In this document: piece by piece, positions 47,999-57,082 of the stretch | How the letters are laid out: each line of letters begins with the position of its first letter | How positions within the stretch are numbered: position 1 is the first letter of the stretch | Assembly: GCA_964611355.1 (NCBI GenBank) | Contig: CAZSYD010000005.1 | Coordinates: forward strand, 2,788 to 66,787 | Source: an uncultured Ignavibacteriales bacterium | GTDB taxonomy: Bacteria > Zixibacteria > MSB-5A5 > GN15 > JAAZOE01 | Direction of reading: 5' to 3' | DNA length: 64,000 bases | Notes under the pieces: generated by a model | The model's input: the letters and a program-made list of their open reading frames with translations, nothing else | What the model was told of the DNA's origin: nothing | Databases searched by the model: none | Position numbers and translations under genes: made by a program

Positions 47999-48584
47999 CC
48001 CGTCTCGCGGCGGCGCATGGGGAATCCTGGGGGGGACGTTTAACCCCGTTCACATGGGCCATCTTATTATGGCCGAGTCGGTGATGCATTCGGTCAATGC
48101 CGACGGCATGCTTTTCGTTCCGGCCAAATGGCATCCTTTCAAATCCAACCGGCAGATATCCAACTATAACGAGCGAGTAGAAATGCTCAAGGCGGCGATA
48201 ACCGATAATATCCATTTTTTGCTGGAAGAACCGCCGGCCGATTCGGGCTATACTATTGACTTGATTGACTGTCTGCGAACCAGGTATACTGCCGCCGAAT
48301 TTTTCCTGGTCGTCGGTTCGGATATTCTCGAAGAATTTGACACCTGGTATAAGCATGAAGAGATCGAGCAAAGTGTCAGGATCGTAATCGCCGCGCGGCC
48401 TGGGTATCGGCTTAAGGGGCGCGATCATAGTATCCTTAAGGGAGCCGAGAGGGTCATGATTCCTCAGTACGATATTTCTTCCAGCGATATCAGAGAACGA
48501 GTACGATCACGGTTGTCGATCAGACATATGGTTCCGGAGGCGGTGAAAAAATATATATATGAAAAGGGGCTTTATGTCGGATGA
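47973..48584 (+). CDS. nadD: Nicotinate-nucleotide adenylyltransferase
   Basis: 203 aa with GILGGTFNPVHMGHL and ISSSDIRERV. The exact start is uncertain. Confidence 0.9.
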   Translation: MPNPEKINSPSRGGAWGILGGTFNPVHMGHLIMAESVMHSVNADGMLFVPAKWHPFKSNRQISNYNERVEMLKAAITDNIHFLLEEPPADSGYTIDLIDCLRTRYTAAEFFLVVGSDILEEFDTWYKHEEIEQSVRIVIAARPGYRLKGRDHSILKGAERVMIPQYDISSSDIRERVRSRLSIRHMVPEAVKKYIYEKGLYVG

Positions 48585-51306
48585 AAAAGCAAAGAAATCC
48601 GATGAAAAGACGCTTTTTCTGGTCGACGGCTCAGCCTTTGTTTATCGGGCATATTTCGCCTTCATCAGAAATCCGCTGATTAATTCAAAGGGTGAAAACA
48701 CGTCCGCCGTCTTTGGTTTTGTCAACTCCCTGACAAAAATCATCAGAAAAGAAAAACCTGATTATCTGGCGGTGATATTCGACACCAAAGCGCCCACTTT
48801 CCGCCATGAAATGTATGGCGAATACAAATCAACCCGGGCTAAGATGCCGGAAGATATGGCGGCGCAGATTCCCCGGATACACCAGGCCGTGGAGGCTTTG
48901 CGCATTCCGGAATACTCGATGAATGGGTACGAAGCGGATGATATTATCGCAACCCTGGCCAAAGAGTGGGCCGGAGAAGGATTGAATGTTGCCATTGTCT
49001 CCAGCGACAAAGATCTGTTTCAGATGGTTGATGAGCGTATTCGGATGTACGTTCCGCAAACAGGTTCCGAACCGCCGGTGTGGATGGATCGTGAAGCCGT
49101 TAAACAAAAAATCGGCGTTTATCCGGAACAGGTGATTGAATTTATGGCTATGACCGGCGACAGTTCCGACAATATTCCCGGCATTCCCGGCGTTGGTCCC
49201 AAAACCGCGCTTTCGCTTCTGGAACAGTTCGGCAACTTCGATGCCGTTCTTGAAAAAGCGGGCAGCATCAAGGCCAAAGGAATTCGTAACAAGGTCCTAG
49301 AAAACAGGGAAATAGCGCTTTTGTCGCGAAAGCTTGTGACGATAGATTGCAATGTCCCGATTGATATCAAGCTAAAGGATATTCAGAGAGAAGAGCCGGA
49401 CCTTGTTAAATGCAAAGAACTGTTTACCGAACTCGAGTTTTTCGGTCTGCTCAAAGAGATCTTTGGCAAACATGAGACCGACGTCAGGTCGGGCTCCCGC
49501 ATCAGGGCAAAGTATCGGAGGATATCTTCTTTACGGGAATTGGAAAAGCTGGTCTCCAGACTTTCACAAGCAAAAGAGATTGCCTTCGATACCGAAACCG
49601 ATTCGCTTGATTCGCTTAAGGCAAACCTGGTGGGTATTTCGCTTTCGGCCGGAGCCGGCGAAGGTTATTATATTCCGATTGCGCATACTGAGCGGGCGGA
49701 GTTGAATCTGCCGGCCAAAGAAGTACATAAAATACTTGCCCCACTGATGAAAGATAAATCGGTACAAAAGATAGCGCATAACTTTAAGTATGACTTGCAA
49801 GTTATGGAACGAGCCGGATATACGATCACCCCTATATCTTTCGATACCATGTTGGCTTCTTATGTTCTCAACCCGTCCGCCAGGGGGCACAACCTGGACA
49901 ACCTGGCGTTGCAGCATTCTGATCACAAAATGATTCCGATAACCGATTTGATCGGCAGCGGCAAAAAACAGACGTCTTTTGCCGCGGTTGATCCAGATAC
50001 GGCCGCCGAATATGCCGCTGAAGACGCCGATTATACTTATCGTTTACGAGGCGTTTTCGCTCCCAAAATAGAGGAAACGAAGCTTGCCAGGCTTTATTAT
50101 GATATTGAACTGCCCCTTATACCCGTTCTGTCGCGCATGGAAAAGGCCGGCGTTAAAATCGATACCGCTTTTCTGACCAGACTTTCCGGTCAAATGCAGG
50201 CGGAAATGAATAAGTTGGCGGGCGAGATATATGCCATGGCCGGTTACGAGTTTAATATCAACTCCACCCAGCAGCTTTCCAGGCTTTTATTTGAAGAGTT
50301 AAAGCTTCCCAGGAGGCGAAAAACGGCCAAGAAGACCGGCTATTCCACCGATGTTCGTGTACTGGAAGAGCTGTCCGAGATTCACCCGCTTCCAAAAGCA
50401 GTCTTGGAATATCGTCAGTTAAGCAAGCTGAAATCAACTTACGTGGATGCTCTTCCGGAATTAGCCGATCCTGAAACCGGAAGGGTGCATACCTCGTTCA
50501 ACCAGGCGGTAACGGCCACGGGGCGTCTGTCGTCGTCGGATCCCAACTTACAAAACATTCCGGTTCGTACTGAGACCGGTCGTGAAATTCGTATCGCCTT
50601 TGTTCCCACGGACGAAAACCATTCGCTTCTGGTGGCTGATTATTCCCAGATCGAGCTACGCATACTGGCTCATTTCGCCGCCGACCCGGGATTACTCAAG
50701 GCTTTTAAGAACGGCGAGGATATTCATGCCCGCACGGCCGCCGAGGTATATGGGGTTCCCATCGGTAGCGTTACGTCGGAACAGCGGCGCGCGGCCAAAA
50801 CGGCCAACTTCGCCATAATCTATGGCGTTTCTGCCTATGGGTTGTCACAGCAGACAGAACTTGATCTGGGTGCGTCGCGGCAGTTTATCGATAACTATTT
50901 CGAGCGGTACCCCAATATCAGGAAATATATGGACGATACGATTGAAGCGGCCCGCCATGACGGCTACGTTACCACGCTGTTGGGGCGGCGGCGGTACTTG
51001 CCGGAAATTAACAGTAAAAATTTCCAGCGACGACAGTTTGCCGAGAGAACGGCTATCAATACTCCCATTCAGGGCACGGCGGCCGATCTTATCAAGCTCG
51101 CCATGATAAAAATCGACAAGGCCATGTCAAAGATGAGGTCAAAAATGGTGCTTCAGGTGCACGATGAGTTGGTCTTTGATGCGCACAACGATGAATTGGA
51201 TGAACTGAAAGACGTGGTTGAAAGCAAAATGTCGAAAGCCATCAGGCTGAAGGTTCCGCTGGTGGTCGACATCGGGATAGGCCCTAACTGGCTTGAGGCG
51301 AAGTAA
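48559..51306 (+). CDS. polA: DNA polymerase I (5'-nuclease, 3'-5' exonuclease and polymerase domains)
   Basis: 915 aa. Exo motifs are FDTETDSL, HNFKYDL and YAAEDADY. Polymerase motifs are DYSQIELR, RRAAKTANFAIIYG and QVHDELVF. An alternative start is ATG 48574. Confidence 0.95.
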   Translation: MKRGFMSDEKAKKSDEKTLFLVDGSAFVYRAYFAFIRNPLINSKGENTSAVFGFVNSLTKIIRKEKPDYLAVIFDTKAPTFRHEMYGEYKSTRAKMPEDMAAQIPRIHQAVEALRIPEYSMNGYEADDIIATLAKEWAGEGLNVAIVSSDKDLFQMVDERIRMYVPQTGSEPPVWMDREAVKQKIGVYPEQVIEFMAMTGDSSDNIPGIPGVGPKTALSLLEQFGNFDAVLEKAGSIKAKGIRNKVLENREIALLSRKLVTIDCNVPIDIKLKDIQREEPDLVKCKELFTELEFFGLLKEIFGKHETDVRSGSRIRAKYRRISSLRELEKLVSRLSQAKEIAFDTETDSLDSLKANLVGISLSAGAGEGYYIPIAHTERAELNLPAKEVHKILAPLMKDKSVQKIAHNFKYDLQVMERAGYTITPISFDTMLASYVLNPSARGHNLDNLALQHSDHKMIPITDLIGSGKKQTSFAAVDPDTAAEYAAEDADYTYRLRGVFAPKIEETKLARLYYDIELPLIPVLSRMEKAGVKIDTAFLTRLSGQMQAEMNKLAGEIYAMAGYEFNINSTQQLSRLLFEELKLPRRRKTAKKTGYSTDVRVLEELSEIHPLPKAVLEYRQLSKLKSTYVDALPELADPETGRVHTSFNQAVTATGRLSSSDPNLQNIPVRTETGREIRIAFVPTDENHSLLVADYSQIELRILAHFAADPGLLKAFKNGEDIHARTAAEVYGVPIGSVTSEQRRAAKTANFAIIYGVSAYGLSQQTELDLGASRQFIDNYFERYPNIRKYMDDTIEAARHDGYVTTLLGRRRYLPEINSKNFQRRQFAERTAINTPIQGTAADLIKLAMIKIDKAMSKMRSKMVLQVHDELVFDAHNDELDELKDVVESKMSKAIRLKVPLVVDIGIGPNWLEAK

Positions 51307-51897
51307 ATGATAATAGGGTTGACCGGTCTGATCGGTTCCGGAAAATCGGAAGTGGCTGCCGTCTGGGAAAAGATGGGAGCGAAAATCATCAGTGGCGACG
51401 CAATCGGCCGGGAAGTGGTGGAAAATGATTCGATTGTATTTTATCGCTTATTAATGGAATTCGGCCCGACAATAATAGATAAAAATGGAAAACTGAATAG
51501 AAAGAAACTTGGCCGCCTGGCATTTTCTTCTCGCGAAAAAACTGAACTTCTAAACTCGATTGTTCATCCTTCCTTGTTGAAACGGCTGGACGCACAGGTA
51601 GCCCATGCAAAGTTGAAAGATTATCAAGCTGTCGTTGATGCCGCTTTATTGATCTATTGGAATTATCACAAGAAAATGGATCGTACGGTTCTCGTTTCCT
51701 CCACGGCGCGCAATCGGCATAATCGGCTTCTTGATCAGGGCTTCAGCGTGGAAGAGATTCGAAGACGCACCAAATCGCAGCTGCCGTATTCATATTTGCG
51801 AAAGCATGCCGACTATGTAATCTACAACAATAAAGACCTTAACAGTCTTCATAAAAGGGCGCAGATAATATATTCCGAATTGGTCAAAAGGGGTTGA
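51307..51897 (+). CDS. coaE: Dephospho-CoA kinase
   Basis: 196 aa starting MIIGLTGLIGSGKS. It begins immediately after the polA TAA. Confidence 0.9.
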   Translation: MIIGLTGLIGSGKSEVAAVWEKMGAKIISGDAIGREVVENDSIVFYRLLMEFGPTIIDKNGKLNRKKLGRLAFSSREKTELLNSIVHPSLLKRLDAQVAHAKLKDYQAVVDAALLIYWNYHKKMDRTVLVSSTARNRHNRLLDQGFSVEEIRRRTKSQLPYSYLRKHADYVIYNNKDLNSLHKRAQIIYSELVKRG

Positions 51898-51959
51898 CTT
51901 CTCCCGCCAAATTCGCCAAATTCTCCGAAAACATGTAGATTCTATGACCGGGAGGAACA

Positions 51960-53972
51960 ATGGGTTCGGTTAAAGCCAACACCGCGCCGATCGGCGCTCA
52001 TCTTACCATAGAAGAACTGAAGGAACACGCCAATTACATGCGCGGTCTTAACTTGATATCGCTTTGCTGTGCTGCGTCCGGTCATTCGGGCGGCACACTT
52101 TCCATGATGGATATCCTGGCGGCCCTTTATCTGAAGGTTGCCAAACATGATCCGAAAAACCCGTCCTGGGAGGATCGCGACCGTATCATCTGGTCGGCCG
52201 GTCATAAGGCGCCAGCCCTTTATGTATCCCTTGCGGTTTCCGGCTATTTTCCCGAAGAAGAACTGGCCAAATTGCGCGCCCTGTATGCGCCTTATCAGGG
52301 GCATCCTCACCGGCTGGAATTGCCCGGAGTTGAAATATCATCCGGCTCGCTGGGACAAGGTTTTTCGGTTGCCGTGGGCGTGGCCCTTGCAGCAAGGCTG
52401 AATAAAAAAGATTATCGGGTATTTGTTATTTCCTCGGACGGTGAACATCAGGAAGGTTCGATGTGGGAAGCGGCCATGTGCGCGGCCAATTTCAGCCTGA
52501 ATAACCTTACCCTGATTCTTGACCGCAACCATCTGCAGATTGATGGTGATACCAAAGACGTCATGCGATTGGAGCCGCTGGCCGACAAATACCGCGCATT
52601 CGGCTGGAACGTGATTGAAATTGACGGCCACAATATGGAAGAGATTCTGGCTGCGCTGGAAAAGGGATATAACAACACGAGCGACAAACCGACCTGTATC
52701 GTGGCCACAACTACCAAGGGAAAAGGCGTCAGTTTTATGGAGGACATTGCCGGCTGGCACGGCAAACCGCCCAACCGTGAGGAACTGGACAAGGGGCTGG
52801 CCGATCTTGGCCTGACCGAGACTTTTGATCTTAAAAAATACTTCAAGATTGCGGCCGACTACCAGACCGAGGTTGAGGAAAAATTAGCTGCCAAGATGCC
52901 GCATTTTTCCGGCAATTACTGGTGGAATACAGGCGACGGCATGAAAGTGGAAATGGACGCTACCCGAAGGGGGTTAGGCCGAGCCCTGGATCAGTATGGT
53001 GATGACGAGCGGGTGGTTTGTATCGGGGCCGATATTTCCGATTCGATTACCATATCGCAGTTTTGTAAGAATCATCCTGAGCGCAAAGATCGCTGGATAT
53101 CGGTCGGCGTCGCCGAGCAGAACGGTACAACCGTTGCCGCCGGTTTGGCCAAGGAAGGTAAACTCCCCGTCTTTGGCACGTACGGCGTCTTTTCATCCGC
53201 CCGGAATCTTGACCAACTCCGCGTTTCGGTCTGCTATGGCAATTACAATGTGATGATTATCGGCGCTCACGGCGGAGTATCCGTCGGTCCCGACGGGGCC
53301 ACTCACCAGGAACTGGAGGCGCTTTTCCAGATGTGCGGTCTGCCGAACATGCGTGTCTGCGCGCCGTGCGATTCAATCGAAGCAAAAAAGGCGACCCGGA
53401 TTCTGCTGTTTGATATTGTCGGCCCCAAATATATCCGCTTCGCCCGTGAGGCCACACCGGTAATCACTCGCGATGACACTCCTTTTGTATTCGGCAAAGC
53501 CAATATCTATCGTTTTCGCGGAGAGAAAGAAAACTTCATCGACGCTTTTGAAATATGTCTCGCGGAAAAGTACAAGAACGAGAACGAAGATATAACGCTG
53601 ATCGGCTGTGGTCCGGAAACGGCCGAGGCCTGTCGCGCCGCCTGGATTTTGAAACAGGAGTACGGCATCGAAGCGCGGGTAATCAATATGCACACACTCA
53701 AGCCGCTTGATCGTCCGGCGATTATCCGGGCGGCAAAAGAGACCGGAGCGATTCTTACGTGCGAGGAGCACCAGGTCGGCGGGTTGGGCAACTGGATTGC
53801 GTCAACCGTTCTGTGCGACACCGAATCGGCCGGCAGGAAAATGCTGTTCGACATGCTTGGGGTTGACGACCGATTTGGCGAATCGGGCAAACCATGGCAG
53901 TTAATAAAAGAATTCGGCCTTTCGGCGGAGCATATTGCTGATCGAGCCAAGAAACTTCTGGATAAAAAGTAA
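51960..53972 (+). CDS. tkt: Transketolase, single-chain fusion of the split-type N- and C-terminal halves
   Basis: 670 aa. The N-half has SGHSGGTLSMMDILAALY, GHPH, GSLGQG and SSDGEHQEGSMWEA. The C-half has GVAEQNGTTVAAGLA, GPDGATHQ and EEHQVGGLG. GGAGG SD upstream. Confidence 0.85.
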   Translation: MGSVKANTAPIGAHLTIEELKEHANYMRGLNLISLCCAASGHSGGTLSMMDILAALYLKVAKHDPKNPSWEDRDRIIWSAGHKAPALYVSLAVSGYFPEEELAKLRALYAPYQGHPHRLELPGVEISSGSLGQGFSVAVGVALAARLNKKDYRVFVISSDGEHQEGSMWEAAMCAANFSLNNLTLILDRNHLQIDGDTKDVMRLEPLADKYRAFGWNVIEIDGHNMEEILAALEKGYNNTSDKPTCIVATTTKGKGVSFMEDIAGWHGKPPNREELDKGLADLGLTETFDLKKYFKIAADYQTEVEEKLAAKMPHFSGNYWWNTGDGMKVEMDATRRGLGRALDQYGDDERVVCIGADISDSITISQFCKNHPERKDRWISVGVAEQNGTTVAAGLAKEGKLPVFGTYGVFSSARNLDQLRVSVCYGNYNVMIIGAHGGVSVGPDGATHQELEALFQMCGLPNMRVCAPCDSIEAKKATRILLFDIVGPKYIRFAREATPVITRDDTPFVFGKANIYRFRGEKENFIDAFEICLAEKYKNENEDITLIGCGPETAEACRAAWILKQEYGIEARVINMHTLKPLDRPAIIRAAKETGAILTCEEHQVGGLGNWIASTVLCDTESAGRKMLFDMLGVDDRFGESGKPWQLIKEFGLSAEHIADRAKKLLDKK

Positions 53973-53993
53973 ACTTTTACGAGGTGTGAAAAT

Positions 53994-55178
53994 ATGAAAT
54001 TCGCCAAGAGAATGTCACGATTGGGAACAGAGTCGGCTTTCGAGATTCTGGCCCGGGCTCAGAAATTGGAAAAGGAAAAAGGAATCGAGGTCGTTCATCT
54101 CCAGATCGGGGAACCTGATTTCGACACCCCTCGAAATATTCGCGATTCGGCCATTAACGCCATCAACGAAGGATATACTCACTATACCGCCTCGCCCGGG
54201 ATGCCCGAAGTCCGTGCCGCTATTTCCGAATATTATTATAAATTGCGCGGCGTTAAGTATGACCCCGATCAGGTGGTTGTTACGTCCGGCAGCAAGGAGG
54301 TTATGTTCTCCTTGATAATGATGCTGGCCGAGGAGGGGACTGAGGTTATCTATCCCGATCCCGGTTACCCGATTTACAAATCGGTAATTGATTTCGCCGG
54401 CGCTACGGCGGTGCCGATTCCACTGCGAGAGGAAAATCAATTCCGGCTCGACGTGAACGAATTGAAAAAGCTGGTTACACCCAGAACAAGGCTTTTAATC
54501 ATCAACACGCCTGAAAATCCGACCGGATCGGTGCTGACCCGCCGGGACGTCGAGGAAATATACAAGCTGGCCAGTGATAATGATTTCTTGGTCATGGCGG
54601 ATGAGATTTATTCACGGGTAATCTATGACATCGAGTTCGCTTCAATTTCGCAGTTTGATAAAAAACAGGAACGGGTCATTATCCTCGACGGCATGTCAAA
54701 GGTGTATGCCATGTGCGGCTGGCGGCTTGGCTGGGGACTGATGCCGAAAACGCTGGCTCCCGGCGTAGCTCGAATGCAGACCAATATAACCTCCTGCGCG
54801 ACTTCATTCATACAAAAAGCGACCGTTGACGCCCTGCTGGGCCCACAAGATGACCCTGCCAAAATGGTGGCCGAGTTCAAAAAGCGTCGCGACTTCTTTG
54901 TTGATGGTATTAACCAAATCGAGGGGTTCTCATGCCTGAAACCGCCCGGAGCCTTTTACGTATGGCCGAATATCAAGCGAACCGGATGGAAATCGATCGA
55001 TCTGTTTGAATATCTTTTGACGGAACTCGGTGTGGCCGGGCTGTCCGGTACTGCTTTCGGCGAAGAGGGCGAGGGATATCTGAGATTTTCCTACGCAAAC
55101 TCGATTGAGAATATCGACAAAGCCATTAAAAGAATCAAGGAAGCCATGCCGGCCCTGATTAAGGAACGGGTAAAATAG
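53994..55178 (+). CDS. PLP-dependent aminotransferase, class I (aspartate aminotransferase-like)
   Basis: 394 aa with LQIGEPDFDTP, INTPENPTG and the PLP-lysine region GMSKVYAMCGWRLGW. Confidence 0.88.
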   Translation: MKFAKRMSRLGTESAFEILARAQKLEKEKGIEVVHLQIGEPDFDTPRNIRDSAINAINEGYTHYTASPGMPEVRAAISEYYYKLRGVKYDPDQVVVTSGSKEVMFSLIMMLAEEGTEVIYPDPGYPIYKSVIDFAGATAVPIPLREENQFRLDVNELKKLVTPRTRLLIINTPENPTGSVLTRRDVEEIYKLASDNDFLVMADEIYSRVIYDIEFASISQFDKKQERVIILDGMSKVYAMCGWRLGWGLMPKTLAPGVARMQTNITSCATSFIQKATVDALLGPQDDPAKMVAEFKKRRDFFVDGINQIEGFSCLKPPGAFYVWPNIKRTGWKSIDLFEYLLTELGVAGLSGTAFGEEGEGYLRFSYANSIENIDKAIKRIKEAMPALIKERVK

Positions 55179-55200
55179 ACGCAGCTATCATACGAAAATA

Positions 55201-55228
55201 AAAGGGCGCTTTCTCGGCGCCCTTTTTT
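55201..55228 (+). terminator. Rho-independent terminator
   Basis: AAAGGGCGC-TTTCTCG-GCGCCCTTT followed by a T-run. Confidence 0.8.
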
Positions 55229-55295
55229 GCAGGATCGAAATATAATCATTCTATTTTTCATTGCAATCCGTACATAAATTTGATATTGATCGGGT

Positions 55296-56087
55296 ATGTT
55301 ACACGGCATAGTAAAAATTTCGGTTACGGATCTGCGCGCGCGGCCCGATTCAAAATCTGAACGGGTTACCCAGGCGCTGTTCGGCACACCCATCGAAATT
55401 CGAATCGTTCGAAAAACATTCCTGAAAGTATCCCTCCCGGATGGCTGTATCGGCTGGTGCAGGGCCGGGCATATTGAGCGGGTCGCCCCGGGACCCTGGA
55501 AAAAATATGTCAGGCGTCGCAAAGCAAAAGTCAGGGTCGAATCAACAAAGGTGAAGGATATCTCAAACAGACAGGCACCGCCGTTCAGGCTTTATTTCGG
55601 CACGGAATTGATCCTGACCGATCGAAATGGAAAAAGCCGTTTTGAACTGCCGGGTGGCATTAGAGGGGTGATAAGCCAGGACACTTTACTTCCGTATGAT
55701 TGGAACCGCATTAAAGGGGTTGCCGGTAAAAAGATCATTGCTGCCGCCAAGCGTTTTCTCGGCGCGCCGTATCTGTGGGGCGGTATTACGCCCGCGGGAT
55801 TTGACTGCAGCGGGCTTGTGCAAACGATTTATGGTTTTTATGATATCAAGCTTCCCCGCAACAGCAAAGAGCAGCAGGGAAAAGGTCTTGCCGTCGCCCG
55901 CGATGCCCTTAAACCCGGCGATCTGCTTTTCTTTCCCGGCCACGTGGCGATATCCTGCGGCGGCAATGAAATTATTCACGCTTCAGCCAGTCGGGGAATG
56001 ATAATAACTGAATCTCTCGATCCGTCATCGCCGGATTATCGTCGCGATCTTGATGATAAGTTCATCTGTGCCCGGCGGCTGCTATGA
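55296..56087 (+). CDS. NlpC/P60 (C40) peptidase with N-terminal SH3b-like domain (YkfC-like gamma-D-glutamyl endopeptidase)
   Basis: 263 aa with GAPYLWGGITPAGFDCSGLVQTIY (catalytic Cys) and FFPGHVAI (His). Confidence 0.85.
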   Translation: MLHGIVKISVTDLRARPDSKSERVTQALFGTPIEIRIVRKTFLKVSLPDGCIGWCRAGHIERVAPGPWKKYVRRRKAKVRVESTKVKDISNRQAPPFRLYFGTELILTDRNGKSRFELPGGIRGVISQDTLLPYDWNRIKGVAGKKIIAAAKRFLGAPYLWGGITPAGFDCSGLVQTIYGFYDIKLPRNSKEQQGKGLAVARDALKPGDLLFFPGHVAISCGGNEIIHASASRGMIITESLDPSSPDYRRDLDDKFICARRLL

Positions 56088-57082
56088 ATTGCAAGATTTT
56101 GCCGATTGAGTTGAAGCTAAAGCGCGAATTTGCCGTTGCCGGAGGGAAAGTATCGACTAAACCGAATTTTATTTTCATAATGGAAGGCAAAGGAATAGGA
56201 GAAGCGGCCGGTTCGGTTCATTATGGCGCGTCTCCGGAGAAAATTGAAAACGATCTAAATAAAATAGCAGTCAACCTGACAGTTTGTACCCCTGACAAAG
56301 TTCCCGAATATCTGAATCATTCGGTCGGTTCATATTGCCGACCTGCCCTTTGCGCCGTATCAACGGCGTGGCACGATTGGAAAAGCAGAGAGAGAAAGAT
56401 GCCGTTATTCAAACATCTTGGATTGCAACCACCTCAAAGCATAAAAACCTCGGTTACCGTTTCAATCGGCGATATCGCGGCCATTCGTGAATTGTCACAA
56501 TCCGGATATAATAAAATCAAAGTAAAACTTGATGCGGATGACACGCATATTGAACCGCTGGTTAAGGCGATAAACGAGAGCGAATCTTTATCCGTCAGGA
56601 TTGACGCCAACGGTAGTTGGAGTTACGATTACGCTATAGAATTATTAAAGGTATTGCCGACCGACAAGGTGGAACTAATTGAACAGCCGTTTCCGTGTGA
56701 CCGTACGGATAACTGGAGACTTTTTCAAGAAGTAACTAAGATACCTTTAATAATGGACGAGTCAATCGAAACCGCCGATGATGTAAAAAGAGTGGCCGGA
56801 TATGTCGATGGCGTAAATGTGAAGATACAAAAATCAGGCCGGCTTGAAACAGCCGTAGAAGCTATGCGAACGGCGCATGAATTGAATCTGAAAGTTATGC
56901 TGGGATGTATGATTGAATCGTCGGCAGGCATAGCCACCGCCTGTCACCTGTCCTCGCTGGCCGATTATTATGATCTCGACGGCAGGCTTTTAGTTATGGA
57001 TGATCCTTTTTGCGGTCTTGATTACGACTGCGGGTATCTGAAGATATCAGGTGTTTATGGGCATGGAGTATCATTTGCTTAG
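56084..57082 (+). CDS. Dipeptide epimerase of the enolase superfamily (L-Ala-D/L-Glu epimerase-like)
   Basis: 332 aa with KIKVKLD, RIDANGSW, LIEQP, IMDES, VKIQKSG, MLGCMIES and DLDG. It overlaps the upstream gene by 4 nt. Confidence 0.82.
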   Translation: MNCKILPIELKLKREFAVAGGKVSTKPNFIFIMEGKGIGEAAGSVHYGASPEKIENDLNKIAVNLTVCTPDKVPEYLNHSVGSYCRPALCAVSTAWHDWKSRERKMPLFKHLGLQPPQSIKTSVTVSIGDIAAIRELSQSGYNKIKVKLDADDTHIEPLVKAINESESLSVRIDANGSWSYDYAIELLKVLPTDKVELIEQPFPCDRTDNWRLFQEVTKIPLIMDESIETADDVKRVAGYVDGVNVKIQKSGRLETAVEAMRTAHELNLKVMLGCMIESSAGIATACHLSSLADYYDLDGRLLVMDDPFCGLDYDCGYLKISGVYGHGVSFA

